Of a stretch of DNA of 64,000 bases, positions 42,764-61,390 are shown one piece after another (within the stretch, counting starts at the first letter, position 1; each line of letters starts with the position of its first letter). The DNA is from the human T2T-CHM13v2.0 reference genome, Homo sapiens, in the NCBI RefSeq assembly GCF_009914755.1, contig NC_060942.1; one strand, 5' to 3'. The notes under the pieces were generated by a model. It saw only the letters and a list, made by a program, of their open reading frames with translations, did no database searches and was not told where the DNA came from. A program made the translations under genes and the position numbers.

Positions 42764-44989
42764 ATTGTCTTAATTGAAGTCAGGTGTAGTTTACTCAGTG
42801 ATCTTTCGCTAGTAAGCTGTAAACTTGCATCCTGCAGTGGCTCTACTTATTTTTTTCATCCTGAAGATGATCTCTCACCTTTTCATGAGTAGCTACTGCT
42901 TTATACAATCTTCCGAGAGCACTTGTATTCAACTTACCATATTTCAGTGGTAATTATTATATTCCATGAAATAACTTAATATTCCATGATACAACAGCTC
43001 CGCGTAAGTCTAACCACGGAAACGGTTTCATGAGCCATAGGCCCCTCGTGATTGAGGAGCAGCGCCCAGAAGAGCCATCCTGGTCCTTTGGCTTCCACCA
43101 CCCTGAGCCCAGTGGCCAACTGCAAGCTCTTCAGAAATTCCCAGCTAACAGCAGAAACCCATTTGCATTATAGTAGCTGAGGCAGGCTGACACTCTTCAA
43201 AACAGTATGACACAAATCTGAAAGAACACAGCACATAGATAGAAAGCCATGTTTTCCAAAGTGCAGATATCCGAGCCAAAGAATCAGAGCCATGAATAGC
43301 GTAATAGGAAGTCAAATCCCCCTTTCAAGCCCTTTTCCCCTCTTCTGTACAGGAAGGCAGTCATTTCTTGGCCCTTGCCCCTTGCCTGCCTCCTTCTTTC
43401 TTGAGTATTGCTAACATTTTAGCTAAGTGGTCCATGACTTCCACTTTCTCTTTCTGATTCACAGAGAATCTTTCTCCAAAGCCCAAATCAAAGAAGAGTT
43501 AATGTAAATGTGTTTTCTTTTCCTTCTTCAAACCTCCCACTCACCCTAAACTCATGTGGAACAGCCCTGCTATTTAGTAACCATTTGCAGGAATGTCCTT
43601 AGCTTTTCCTGAGCCTTTCCTGCCTGTCAAACACTCCTCTGAACATTTGGCAGGCAGCAGTTCACATAGTCTTCAGCACAGCTGATAAAGGTTTCGTCTC
43701 TAGCCCATTTGTTAGGAGGCACTGGAGGCATACAGGTGGGTAACTTGTAGGCGTCAGCATGGCCAGCCAGCACTCCTCGCCAGGGAGCTGCAGCCGTCCT
43801 GCACCAAGAGGCCAAGTGGCTGCTGTGTCCGGCCTTGAGTGTCATCTTGCAGGGGAGCTTTGAGTCATCTTCGCTTAGTGCTTGTGTCTTTGATTAGTTT
43901 GTATTTTAAATAGCGAAAGATGGTGAGGTGCTGGTTTAAAAAGCTGTGTAATTGTCAAAGGCTTACTTTCTAACTAGTACATAGAATTTTTAAGATATGA
44001 ACTCTATGGACAGATAAGTCAAAGTATGATTATTTAATGTTCTTTAACTTACATACAGACTTCCTTCATTGACTGTGATTCCTAAAGACTATTTTTCGAG
44101 TGTGTACTTATTAATAGTTGAGCTATGTGAATTGCCATTTTGCTGGGTCAAAAATGTTTGAATATCAGCAGTTTCACTCTGTGGTATAAGTACATCCTGT
44201 CTGCTTTCTTGACAGGATTAAATTAGACACATGTGAACATTTTTGAGTTGCTGTATAGGAAGAACTGCGCTGCCAGCAGCCGCATGAGCAGAGCCTGCCT
44301 CCTAAAGTGATGTGATGTGAGCTCATGTTCTGACATGGCCGCTCTGTAGGTTTCCAGGCCTACAGGGTTCCAGCCTTCTGCTCCACTCCACTGCCTCCAG
44401 GCAAGGTTCTGCAGAATTGTCCCCAGTCAGATGACTCATCATATGTGCTTTAATTGCAGTCTTACTACACGGACTTAAATTATGAAATTTTAAAAATGAC
44501 TAAAAAGTCCAGGGCATAGTTAGCAGATACCATTTTATTTGTCATATCATATCCCATTTGTTCTGTTTTCCAGTTTAGCTCCTGAAACACGGGAAATATC
44601 CCATTGGTCATGGTAAAACAAGTGGATAAACCTTGAGGCCCATTTCCCATGTTGATTTGCAGGAGGACCCCGCCTGCTCCATGTGTGTGCCCTGTCCTGT
44701 AAGCCTTTGGTAGTTGTCCCTTGCGGGCATATACGGGCACACTCACAACAGTCTGTTTTTCTGTCCCATCTGGTGTTACAGACTGTCTTGAAGGACAGAA
44801 TAGGAGTTACCTATTTTTCTGTCACCTACAAATATTATCTTGGGTGTAAACATGTTTGTTGACTTAAATGTCAGTAAATACATTTATTTTAAAGTCTAAA
44901 ATCCAATATTATGTATTTTCATATAAAATGAAAGATAATGCATATTAAAAAATACGTGTATATGGAACCATGAGCCTGAATGTGTGGCC

Positions 44990-45188
44990 TGGGTCTGGAT
45001 CACATTAACCACTGCAGTGGGTTTTATCTGGCAGTTTGGGTATGAACTTGGACATGGGTCTGGATCACACTAACCACTGCAGTGGGTTTTATCTGGCAGT
45101 TTGGGTGTGAACTTGGACATGGCTCTGGATCACACTAACCACTGCAATGGGTTTTATTTGGCAGTTTGCGTGTGAACTTGGACATGGG
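44990..45188. repeat. 65-bp x3 tandem repeat spanning the intron/exon boundary of the DKTG exon
   Basis: Units start at 44990, 45055 and 45120; ggcAG acceptors at 45033-34, 45098-99 and 45163-64. Confidence 0.96.
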
Positions 45189-45307
45189 CAAAGCGGTGTA
45201 TGGATGGATGATGATGAAAGATGAGAACATCCCTGGCACGGTCGTTCGGACCAGCACTATCCCAGAGGAACTTGGGCGCCTGGTGTATTTATTGACAGAC
45301 AAAACAG
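45165..45307 (+). CDS. ATP9B: Next ATP9B coding exon, carrying the catalytic Asp of the DKTGT phosphorylation motif
   Basis: Branch point cactaac at 45133-45139, acceptor ttttatttggcag|T and donor G|gtactg (45308). AG from the previous exon plus T makes Ser, then [48 protein letters not shown]. The frame joins exactly to give IIPISLRVNLD, and DKTG is the P-type ATPase signature. Confidence 0.95.
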
Positions 45308-46348
45308 GTACTGTTCGTGGTCTGTGTTCACCTTTGAATGGACAAAATGACATTTAATAAAAAATAGCATAGCGTATAGATATATGTTTATGTGTATGTA
45401 TATATGTGTATGTATTGGAACAGATCATTGAATCCATATTTAGAATTTTTCAGCCTCTACTCTTGAAACTGTCACACAGCTTAATCATCTTCTAGTATAC
45501 ACAGTATCATAAGAATTATCAAAATGTTAAGTTCTTAGAGCTTTAAGTAACATATTTCTGTGTTTTTAATTTTCTACAGTCTTACAGTTTTTTTTTTAAA
45601 CTACCTTTGTAACACCTCCCTAGTGGCTTATTAAGAGCAAGAATTCCATGTTTGTTTATTATAGAATGATACTTGTGAGCTATTAGAAGAAAATAACAGA
45701 TATGTTAATTTGGTATTTAATACTCAAATTCTCCTAAAAAGCTTTACTACAGACTATTTATCCCACTCTAAAGCTCTAGGACCAAAATTCTGTTTGTCCT
45801 TATTTAATTTTCTTCTTTTTTTCATCAAAGAACTCTTACCAATCCGTAACAGATTAAAGACAAACAATTGGAATCTGGTACTATAAGGAAAGCCACATCT
45901 GAGGGCTAAAATTCCTCCTTGATTTATTGATTTGTAATTTAAATTGCAAGTAATTCTTAGTGAACTAAAAATAAAAGAATACTTATATAGCGTGATAAAC
46001 AAAATATGTTGCAAACAAAATTCAACATAGTTTTAAACTATTAAATAGTAGAAAAATCCTCACTATAGTCAACAAGAGGACAGAGAAATCTGCAAACAAG
46101 ACTGTTATTTAAAATTCATAATGGAAGCTCTAGCCATTGCAGCAAGACAAATAGAAATAGGATATAAGACTAAAGGAAGAAACAAATATTTGCAGGTATA
46201 GCAAAAGTGGCAGATTATGGATTAAAATAACAAAACAGGTCTCTAATACATAGTGGAGAACAGACCGAAGAGTAAAGCTCCATTCACAGCAGCTGCGTCC
46301 ATAGAAGACACAGAGGCAGGAACCTGAGGAATGAATGGAAAGGGCACA

Positions 46349-46661
46349 CAGACGGTCCGCAGCTTCATAGTCGCTCGACTTGATGCGACTTTGATCGAGT
46401 GGTGCGGTAGCTTCACTCGAACTCGATGGTGGTGCAGTAGCTTCACTCGGGACTGTACTTCCACTATCCGTGCAGCAGTTCTTTCTTTCACTTTCAATAC
46501 GGTGTTCAAGAAATCACATGGGATATTCTTTGTGTTAGCTGATTTTGCCCAACTGTCAGGTAACGTAAGGGTTCTGACACAGTTAAGGTAGACAGGGCTA
46601 GGCCATGGTATTCGGAAGGTGAGATGCATTAATAACCCCATCATAAGTTGAGGAGTCTCTG
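46349..46661 (-). mobile_element. MER47A-like (Tigger family) MITE
   Basis: Ends cagacggtcc... and ...accccatcataagttgaggagtctctg; internal tttgtgttagctgattttgcccaactg. Confidence 0.8.
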
Positions 46662-47253
46662 TTTTGGAAGTCATACTATTATCTCAAAAGTAGAAATTCA
46701 GTATTCTTTGTGTCAGCTCTCATGATGAATTTGTAACTTTAGTGTAATTGAAAGTTCAGTTGTTGGATTTGTGTTTGAGTTCCATTAGACTTTGTCTTGT
46801 GAGAGGTTGAGGAACTTGGCCAAGAGAGCAATGTTTATGAATCCCAGTGACTCGGAGAGCAATTTGAGGGGCTTCTGGTTCAAAAAGGTAGACTGAGAAA
46901 GAGTGTTAGGATTTTCCCTTCCCAACCTCATGAAGCCTACAGAAAAATGTTTAAAGAATAAATAAATCCATGGTAATACACAGAAAACAAGCAGGAGTAA
47001 AAATATTAGAGGATCCAGAAATTGAGTTATTTCTGGAAAACAGTTGGAATCAGTTTGCAGGTGAGAGCAGAGCAAAGCAGACCAAAGTTGCCAGTGGCTG
47101 CTGAGGAGACCCCACATGGGTGGGAGAAACGTCCTGCAGAACCTAGGGGTGGACGAGCCCCAGACCTGGAGCCGACAGGTGTGTGGGGTGGCACGGGAAG
47201 CCATCAGGCCACCGTGAGCGGCGCCTGTGAGAGCAGGTGACCACCAGGATTTG

Positions 47254-47375
47254 CTCATGTGCCCCCTGCGAGGGCTGCTTTCCCAACGTGGAGAGGCTTT
47301 TGGGGAGAAGCACTCATGCGCCCCCTGTGAGGGCTGCTTTCCCAACGTGGAGAGGCTTTTGGGGAGAAGCACTCA
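47254..47375. repeat. 59-bp tandem duplication
   Basis: ctcatgygccccctgygagggctgctttcccaacgtggagaggcttttggggagaagca at 47254 and 47313. Confidence 0.92.
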
Positions 47376-47519
47376 CTGGTTCATGTGCCTGCCCCTTATG
47401 CAGAGTTCACAGACAGCCCCTTGATTTGGAAACCAGCCCTTTGGAGGAACAGGTTTATGGAACTTCAGAAGAAACCCACCCCAGCTTACTTTACAAACAA
47501 CTTAGTCTTCATTGATAAA

Positions 47520-50862
<3,343 letters not shown>

Positions 50863-52949
50863 TAGTTTCCTATCTAGTTTCCTATGTACTTCATATCCTC
50901 AATTGGAAAGGGCTTTGGAATCAAATCTGGGATTGAGTCTTGGTGCCCCCCAACTATGTGTGATGTTAGGCAAATCCTTTAACCCTTCTGAGCAAAAGAA
51001 ACGTGTTGTCAGTCACTAAAATGTTGTGATAGTTTGTTACACAGCTCTAGATAACAGGGGCACCCAGGCCAACAGAGAAATACAAATCACTCTCAACTCT
51101 GAAAGCAGCTGGTTTTGCCCCCTTGCCTTTGTGAGGCCTCTAGTACCCTGGTGAAACCAGTGCATGTATTTACTGCTAATCGGTTGTTTTATTCCAGGAA
51201 CTTAAATAATTAAGATCTTTCTATTTTGTATTCCATATTTTAGTCATATAAATAATTCTGCTCTTTTGCTCTGCCCTTCAGTGTGTAAATCAGAAGTCAG
51301 ACAGGCTTTTGCAGTCACCTTGGGGGCCTCAGTCACAGCAGAGGTTCTGTAACTGTGGATGGTTGTTTATTATAAAGCGTCCTGGTTCTCCGTATCAGAG
51401 GAGGCATGTTGAGCCATAAGGCAGTTTGCAGATATCTTCCAAGTGCCTTGAGTTTCAGCTGAAGTGATGGAGAGTGAACTGCTGTCTCAGGAGCCTTAAT
51501 GTTACTAACATAATTGGAAGGTGGTCCTTCGCATGAGTGTAAATGGGGTCTGTGCTTCATCAGTAAGCTTTTGGATAAGAAGCGTCCATCACAGTGGTTC
51601 TCTCATTTGCCACGGCAGAATAGAAAATGAAGTATCCCAATAATTGCATTATAGTTTCCTTCTTGTGGACAAGAAAGCAATGTGGTATAATTAGGTTTGA
51701 TTGGAGTGCACATTTCCGGTAAGATCTGAAATTAATGATGTTGCTATAGTGACACATCTGTGGCCACCAGTGCATGAAACATAAAGCAATTCATTCGACA
51801 AGCGTAGACATCTGTGAACTGCAAGGATGCAGAGCATATTGACACTGACCAGAAATACTCGACGCCGGCTGATAAATGAACAAATGATGCTGAAACAGGA
51901 GGACAGCCAATTTGTACTTAATCTGCTGGGAGAACTTTAATCTTCTCACTGGTTGCATTTGACAGTGCCATTGTTTAAAGAACAATGCTGCAGAGAACTC
52001 ATAAATTTTAAAACTTAACTCAGGGTGCAGCCTATTAAAGCAATACATTAATTCCTTTGTTAGGGAGGTTTTATCTTCATGTAGAACAAAGCCGTTACTA
52101 AAAACACCCACTAAAACAACAGGTTTTTTAGGACTCACATTTTAATTATAGCATCCATTACCCAAAATGCCATGTTGTTCAGAATTGAATCACATATAAG
52201 TTTCACAAGATGGCATCATCATGAAGGGGAAAGCTGTTTTCCCAGTTTGTAAGGGCAGGCAAGCATGACGTGTGTGCTAGTGAGTGCATACGAGGCAAGC
52301 AAATCTCACAGGTAAGACTTGGAAATGTTTTTTAAACCAAGTCTCTTATGCATGATGCTAATAACCGGGTATTCAGTTACAGCAAATATGAGTAGCCTTA
52401 CTGGTTCTGTTTTTACTAATGTGTGTCCTTGGATATGAGTGCTGTAATTAACATTTTGGGGGTGTTTGGGCCAGTTGAGATATTAACACATGCAGATAAT
52501 TAACTGATGCATACCGTCCTGAGAATCGCAGTTTAGAGAAAGCCTGATTTGCAGAGACTGTATTTAACTTTGAATATAATATTTGACTTCACTTTAAACA
52601 GTGTCATTGACTTTGAATATATTTGGCTTCACTTTTAAAAAGTGTCAAATATTTTCAAAATTCAAAGCATACTTTAAAGATTGGCAAATTAGTCTTATCA
52701 CTTAAGTTTTGTTTCCATTTCATTTTTTTTAATTTTTTTATTATTATTATACTTTAAGTTTTAGGGTACATGTGCACAATGTGCAGGTTAGTTACATATG
52801 TATACATGTGCCATGCTGGTGTGCTGCACCCATTAACTCATTATTTAGCTTTAGATATATCTCCTAATGCTATCCCTCCCCCCCACCCCACCCCACAACA
52901 GTCCCCAGAGTGTGATGTTCCCCTTCCCGTGTCCGTGTGTTCTCATTGT

Positions 52950-56767
<3,818 letters not shown>

Positions 56768-56830
56768 TATGATGTTAGCTGGTTATTTTGCTCGTTAGTT
56801 GATGCAGTTTCTTCGTAGACTTGATGGTCT

Positions 56831-57844
56831 TTACAATTTGGCATGATTTTGCAGCGGCTGGTATCAGTTGTTCCTTTCCATGTTTAGTGCATCCTTCAGG
56901 AGCTCTTTTAGGGCAGGCCTGGTGGTGACAAAATCTCTCAGCATTTGCTTGTCTGTAAAGTATTTTATTTCTCCTTCACTTACGAAGCTTAGTTTGGCTG
57001 GATATGAAATTCTCGGTTGAAAATTCTTTTCTTTAAGCATGTTGAATATTGGCCCCTACTCTCTTCTGGCTTGTAGAGTTTCTGCCGAGAGATCCGCTGT
57101 TAGTCTGATGGGCTTCCCTTTGAGGGTAACCCGACCTTTCTCTCTGGCTGCCCTTAACATTTTTTCCTTCATTTCAACTTTGGTGAATCTGACAATTATG
57201 TGTCTTGGAGTTGCTCTTCTCGAGGAGTATCTTTGTGGAGTTCTCTGTATTTCCTGAATCTGAATGTTGGCCTGCCTTGCTAGATTGGGGAGGTTCTCCT
57301 GGATAATATCCTGCAGAATGTTTTCCAACTTGGTTCCATTCTCCCCGTCACTTTCAGGTACACCAATCAGACGGAGATTTAGTCTTTTCACACAGTCTCA
57401 TGTTTCTTGGAGGCTTTGTTCATTTCTTTTTATTCTTTTTTCTCTAAACTTCCCTTCTCACTTCATTTCATTCATTTCATCTTCCATCACTGATACCCTT
57501 TCTTCCAGTTGATCACATCGGCTCCTGAGGCTTCTGCATTCTTCATGTAGTTCTCGAGACTTGGCTTTCAGCTCCATCAGCTCCTTTAAGCACTTCTCTG
57601 TATTGGTTATTCTAGTTATACATTCGTCTAAATTTTTTTCAAAATTTTTAACTTCTTTGCCTTTGGTTCGAATTTCCTCCTGTAGCTCAGAGTAGTTTGA
57701 TCGTCTGAAGCCTTCTCTCAACTCGTCAAAGTCATTCTCCGTCCAGCTTTGTTCTGTTGCTGGTGCGGAACTGTGTTCCTTTGGAGGAGGAGAGGCGCTC
57801 TGCTTTTTAGAGTTTGCAGTTTTTCTGCTCTGTTTTTTCCCCAT
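56831..57844 (-). pseudogene. L1 ORF1p, disrupted
   Basis: MGKKQSRKT... (57458-57844) and ...LRLIGVPESDGENGTKLEN... (57056-57391) appear as separate pieces. Confidence 0.9.
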
Positions 57845-59929
57845 CTTTGTGGTTTTGTCTACTTTTGGTCTTTGATGATGGTGATGTACAGATTAGTTTT
57901 TGGTGTGGATGTCCTTTCTGTTTGTTAGTTTTCCTTCTGACAGACAGGACCCTCAGCTGCAGGTCTGTTGGAGCTTGCTGGAGGTCCACTCCAGACCCTG
58001 TTTGTCTGGGTATTAGCAGCAGTGGGTGCAGAATAGCGGATTTTCGTGAATCGCGAATGCTGCTGTCTGATCGTTCCTCTGGAAGTTTTGTCTCAGAGGA
58101 GTACCCGGCTGTGTGAGGTGTCAGTCTGCCCCTGCTTGGGGGGTGCCTCCCAGTTAGGCTGCTCGGGGGTCGGGGGTCAGGGACCCACTTGAGGAGGCAG
58201 TCTGCCCGTTCTCAGATCTCCAGCTGCGTGCTGGGAGAACCACTGCTCTCTTCAAAGCTGTCAGACAGGGACATTTAAGTCTGCAGAGGTTACTGCTGTC
58301 TTTTTGTTTGTCTGTGTCCTGCCCCCAGAGGTGGAGCCTACAGAGGCAGGCAGGCCTCCTTGAGCTGTGGTGGGCTCCACCCAGTTGGAGCTTCCTGGCT
58401 GCTTTGTTTACCTAAGCAAGCCTGGGCAATGGCGGGCGCCCCTCCCCCAGCCTTGCTGCCGCCTTGCAGTTTGATCTCAGACTGCTGTGCTAGCAATCAG
58501 CGAGACTCTGTGGGGTAGGACCCTCCGAGCCAGGTGCGGGATATAATCTCATGGTGCGCCCTTTTTTAAGCCCGTCAGAAAAGTGCAGTATTCGGGTGGG
58601 AGTGACCCGATTTTCCAGGTGCTGTCTGTCACCCCTTTCTTTGACTAGGAAAGGGAACTCCCTGACCCTTGCTCTTCCCGAGTGAGGCAATGCCTCGCCC
58701 TGCTTCGGCTCGCGCAACATGCGCTGCACCCACTGTCCTGGGCCCACTGTCTGGCACTCCCTAGTGAGATGAACCCGGTACCTCAGATGGAAATGCAGAA
58801 ATCACCCATCTTCTGCCTTGCTCACGCTGGGAGCTGTAGACTGGAGCTGTTCCTATTCGGCTGTCTTGGCTGCCCCCCTTCCATTTCTTGTAAGGTCTAA
58901 GTAAGTTTGTGTTTTGATACATCCGCTGATTATGTATGTGTCTTACTTTGTTTAACTAGAATCTTCACAAGAAAGTTTATTGCTCTAGGTGCGTGGCATA
59001 TCTCAGTGTTACCTTTCTTTATATATTAAAATCACTGGCTCCCTTTTGTATGATGGTGTGGTAGAGTTTAGGGGTGAGGCCAATTCACAATTCAGGAATA
59101 TGTGGTCCGAAACCTCTGCAGCTGTGTCTCAGAAACTGTCTACTCGGCTCAGTCATGGATCACATCTGTTGCCACTCTGAGAATGATGCCTGCAGGACTT
59201 TTTCCCTAGAAATTAATTTCCTCTTTGCCTGCTTTGTTCATTATAGTCCCAAAAAACTCTTTTTCATTAAAGAGCTGCAGCTTTTTTTTTTTAAGAAATC
59301 AGAAACCTTTTGTCAAAAGACATTTTCTGTCTATATAGCTACATACCATAGCCGAGTCTGCTGTGAATCTCTTTGACGTGACGGCACTCTTACTCTCTGG
59401 CTGCATTCATTCCTCCCTTTTCCAAAGCTTCCAATTTGGGGGCATATTAATTTCTGTTGTATTAAAATGACAAAAGTTGTAGAAATCATCAGTGTTTGAA
59501 ATCATGGAGAGCATTTGAGGTAAGATTTGAAAAATAATTTTGTATTACAGACTCTACATTATCTACTACTGCATAAGAGGTGAAGGAAAGTCTGAAATTA
59601 GCAAGTTATGAAATTAAAAAATCATCGAGATTTAAAAAATATTTTTGGGCTTCATCTTCATATGTGAAGAAAGTACGTGTGCCACTCACCTGAAGGAATG
59701 TCTGCATAAGTATTGCAGTTTCTTTAACCCAACAAGGTGTGATTGCATTTATTCACATGGACAGAATAACAAACCCAAAAACTTTATCGTTCGTTGATGA
59801 GAAGTGTTAGTCATTTATTTGAATGTCAGTTTTAAGCTACTGATAACATGATTGATTAGCAACGGAAACATTTTAGAAGATACCACGCATTTGTTTAATT
59901 CAAATGGTCAACTGTCAGGATACATCGCT

Positions 59930-60310
59930 CTCTTATTCCACTCTCACCACAATCTAACTTTAAAACATTCTCATCACCCTAAAAAGCAACCTTGGCACTC
60001 CCCATCCTCCCCTTCCATCGCCCGTGCCCCAGGCAGCCCCTGGTTACTTTCTGTCTCTGAGGACTTGCCTGTCCTGGGCGTTCCACGTAAATGAGTCAGA
60101 CCTATGCAGTCCCTGCTGGCCTCCTTCACTGGCATATACTCTTTTACTGGTTCATTTGTATTGTAGTGTATATCAGTACCTCATTTCTGTTTATTGCCAA
60201 ATAATATTCCATCGTGTGGATACACCACACTTTATTTATCCATTCATAAGGTGATGGACATGGGTTGTTTCTACTTTTTGCCTACTACGACTAATGCTGC
60301 TGTGAGTATT
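59930..60310 (-). mobile_element. L1MB-like 3' end
   Basis: ctttctgtctctgaggacttgcctgtcctggg, ttattgccaaataatattccatcgtgtggatacaccac. Confidence 0.7.
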
Positions 60311-61350
60311 CAGGGTTCTAGCCAATGCAGTTAGGCAAGAGCAAGAAGGTGGCGTCCACATTGTAAAGGAGAGCAAAACTCTCTCTGTATGTGTGACATG
60401 GTCATGTCCGTAGGAAATCCTCAGGAGTCACCCAGCCCTCTATTAATTAAAGGGGTTTGGTAAGATTGTAGGACGCAAGATCAACACACAAGAATGAAAT
60501 TGTATTTCTGTATGCTAACAACGAACCATCCAGAGATAGAATTAAGAAAACAATTGTATTTACAGTGCATCAAAAAATATTTCATTGTGTTAAGACGGCA
60601 ACAATTCTAGCTTCTTTTATCTATAGGTTCTGTGTAATACCTACTAAAATCCCAGCTACCTTTGCATAAATTGGCAAGCTGATTCTGAAATTCACATGGA
60701 GATACTAGGGATTCAGCATGGCTACAACGATCTTGAAAAACAAACAAAGTTAGAGGACTTGCAACTCGTGATTTCTTCTTTAAAAAAAAAAAAAAAGACA
60801 TGCATCCGAGGAATGTGGGCTGCAGAGTGGGGGGTGGGTGAAAGATGTGAGGTTAGGGGTTTGTTTTGTTTTGTTTTGTTTTGTTTTTGAAACAGGGTCT
60901 TGCTCTGTCACCCAGGCTGGAGTGCAGTGGCACAATTGTGGGTCACTGAAACCTTGATCTCCTGGGCTTAAGTGATCCTCGTGCCTCAGCACCCAAAATG
61001 CTGGGATTACAGGCATGAGCTATTACACCTGGCAGCAGCTCCTGGTTTCAAAACCTAATACAAAGCTACAGTAATCAAGACAATGTGGTATGTGGTGCGG
61101 GCATAAGGACAGACACATAGATTGATGGACTAGAAGTGAGAGGCCATAAATAAATCCAAACACTTACGGTCATTGGGTTTTCAACAAGGATGCCAAGATA
61201 ATGCTATGGAGAAAGAACAGTGTTTTCAACAAATGGTGCTGGGCAACTAGATATCCCATGCAAAAAATGAAGTTGGATACTTATCCCACTTGTACCTAAA
61301 AGCTAACTCAAAATGGATCATAGACCTAAATACAAACACTAAAATTATAG
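60311..61350 (+). mobile_element. L1MB-like ORF2 fragment (opposite orientation), interrupted by an Alu monomer
   Basis: gttctagccaatgcagttaggcaaga, caagctgattctgaaattcacatgg, caaagctacagtaatcaagac, ttcaacaaatggtgctggg. Confidence 0.72.
60860..61033 (-). mobile_element. Alu monomer (left/right-arm hybrid, AluJ/FRAM-like) with (AAAAC)n tail
   Basis: Only about 145 bp of Alu body; left-arm-type 5' part and right-arm-type 3' part. Confidence 0.85.
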
Positions 61351-61390
61351 TATTTTTAAATTACTCAGCTTTGAGAAAGTATTCTAAATT

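Noticed and set aside
46243-46674. 143-aa ORF and CpG-rich inverted or duplicated words
   Set aside because: Explained by a MER47A-like MITE with internal repeats.
47254-47375. gcgccccctg words as duplicated CTCF sites
   Set aside because: The 3' half (tgagg/cgagg) departs from the required STGG, too weak to call.
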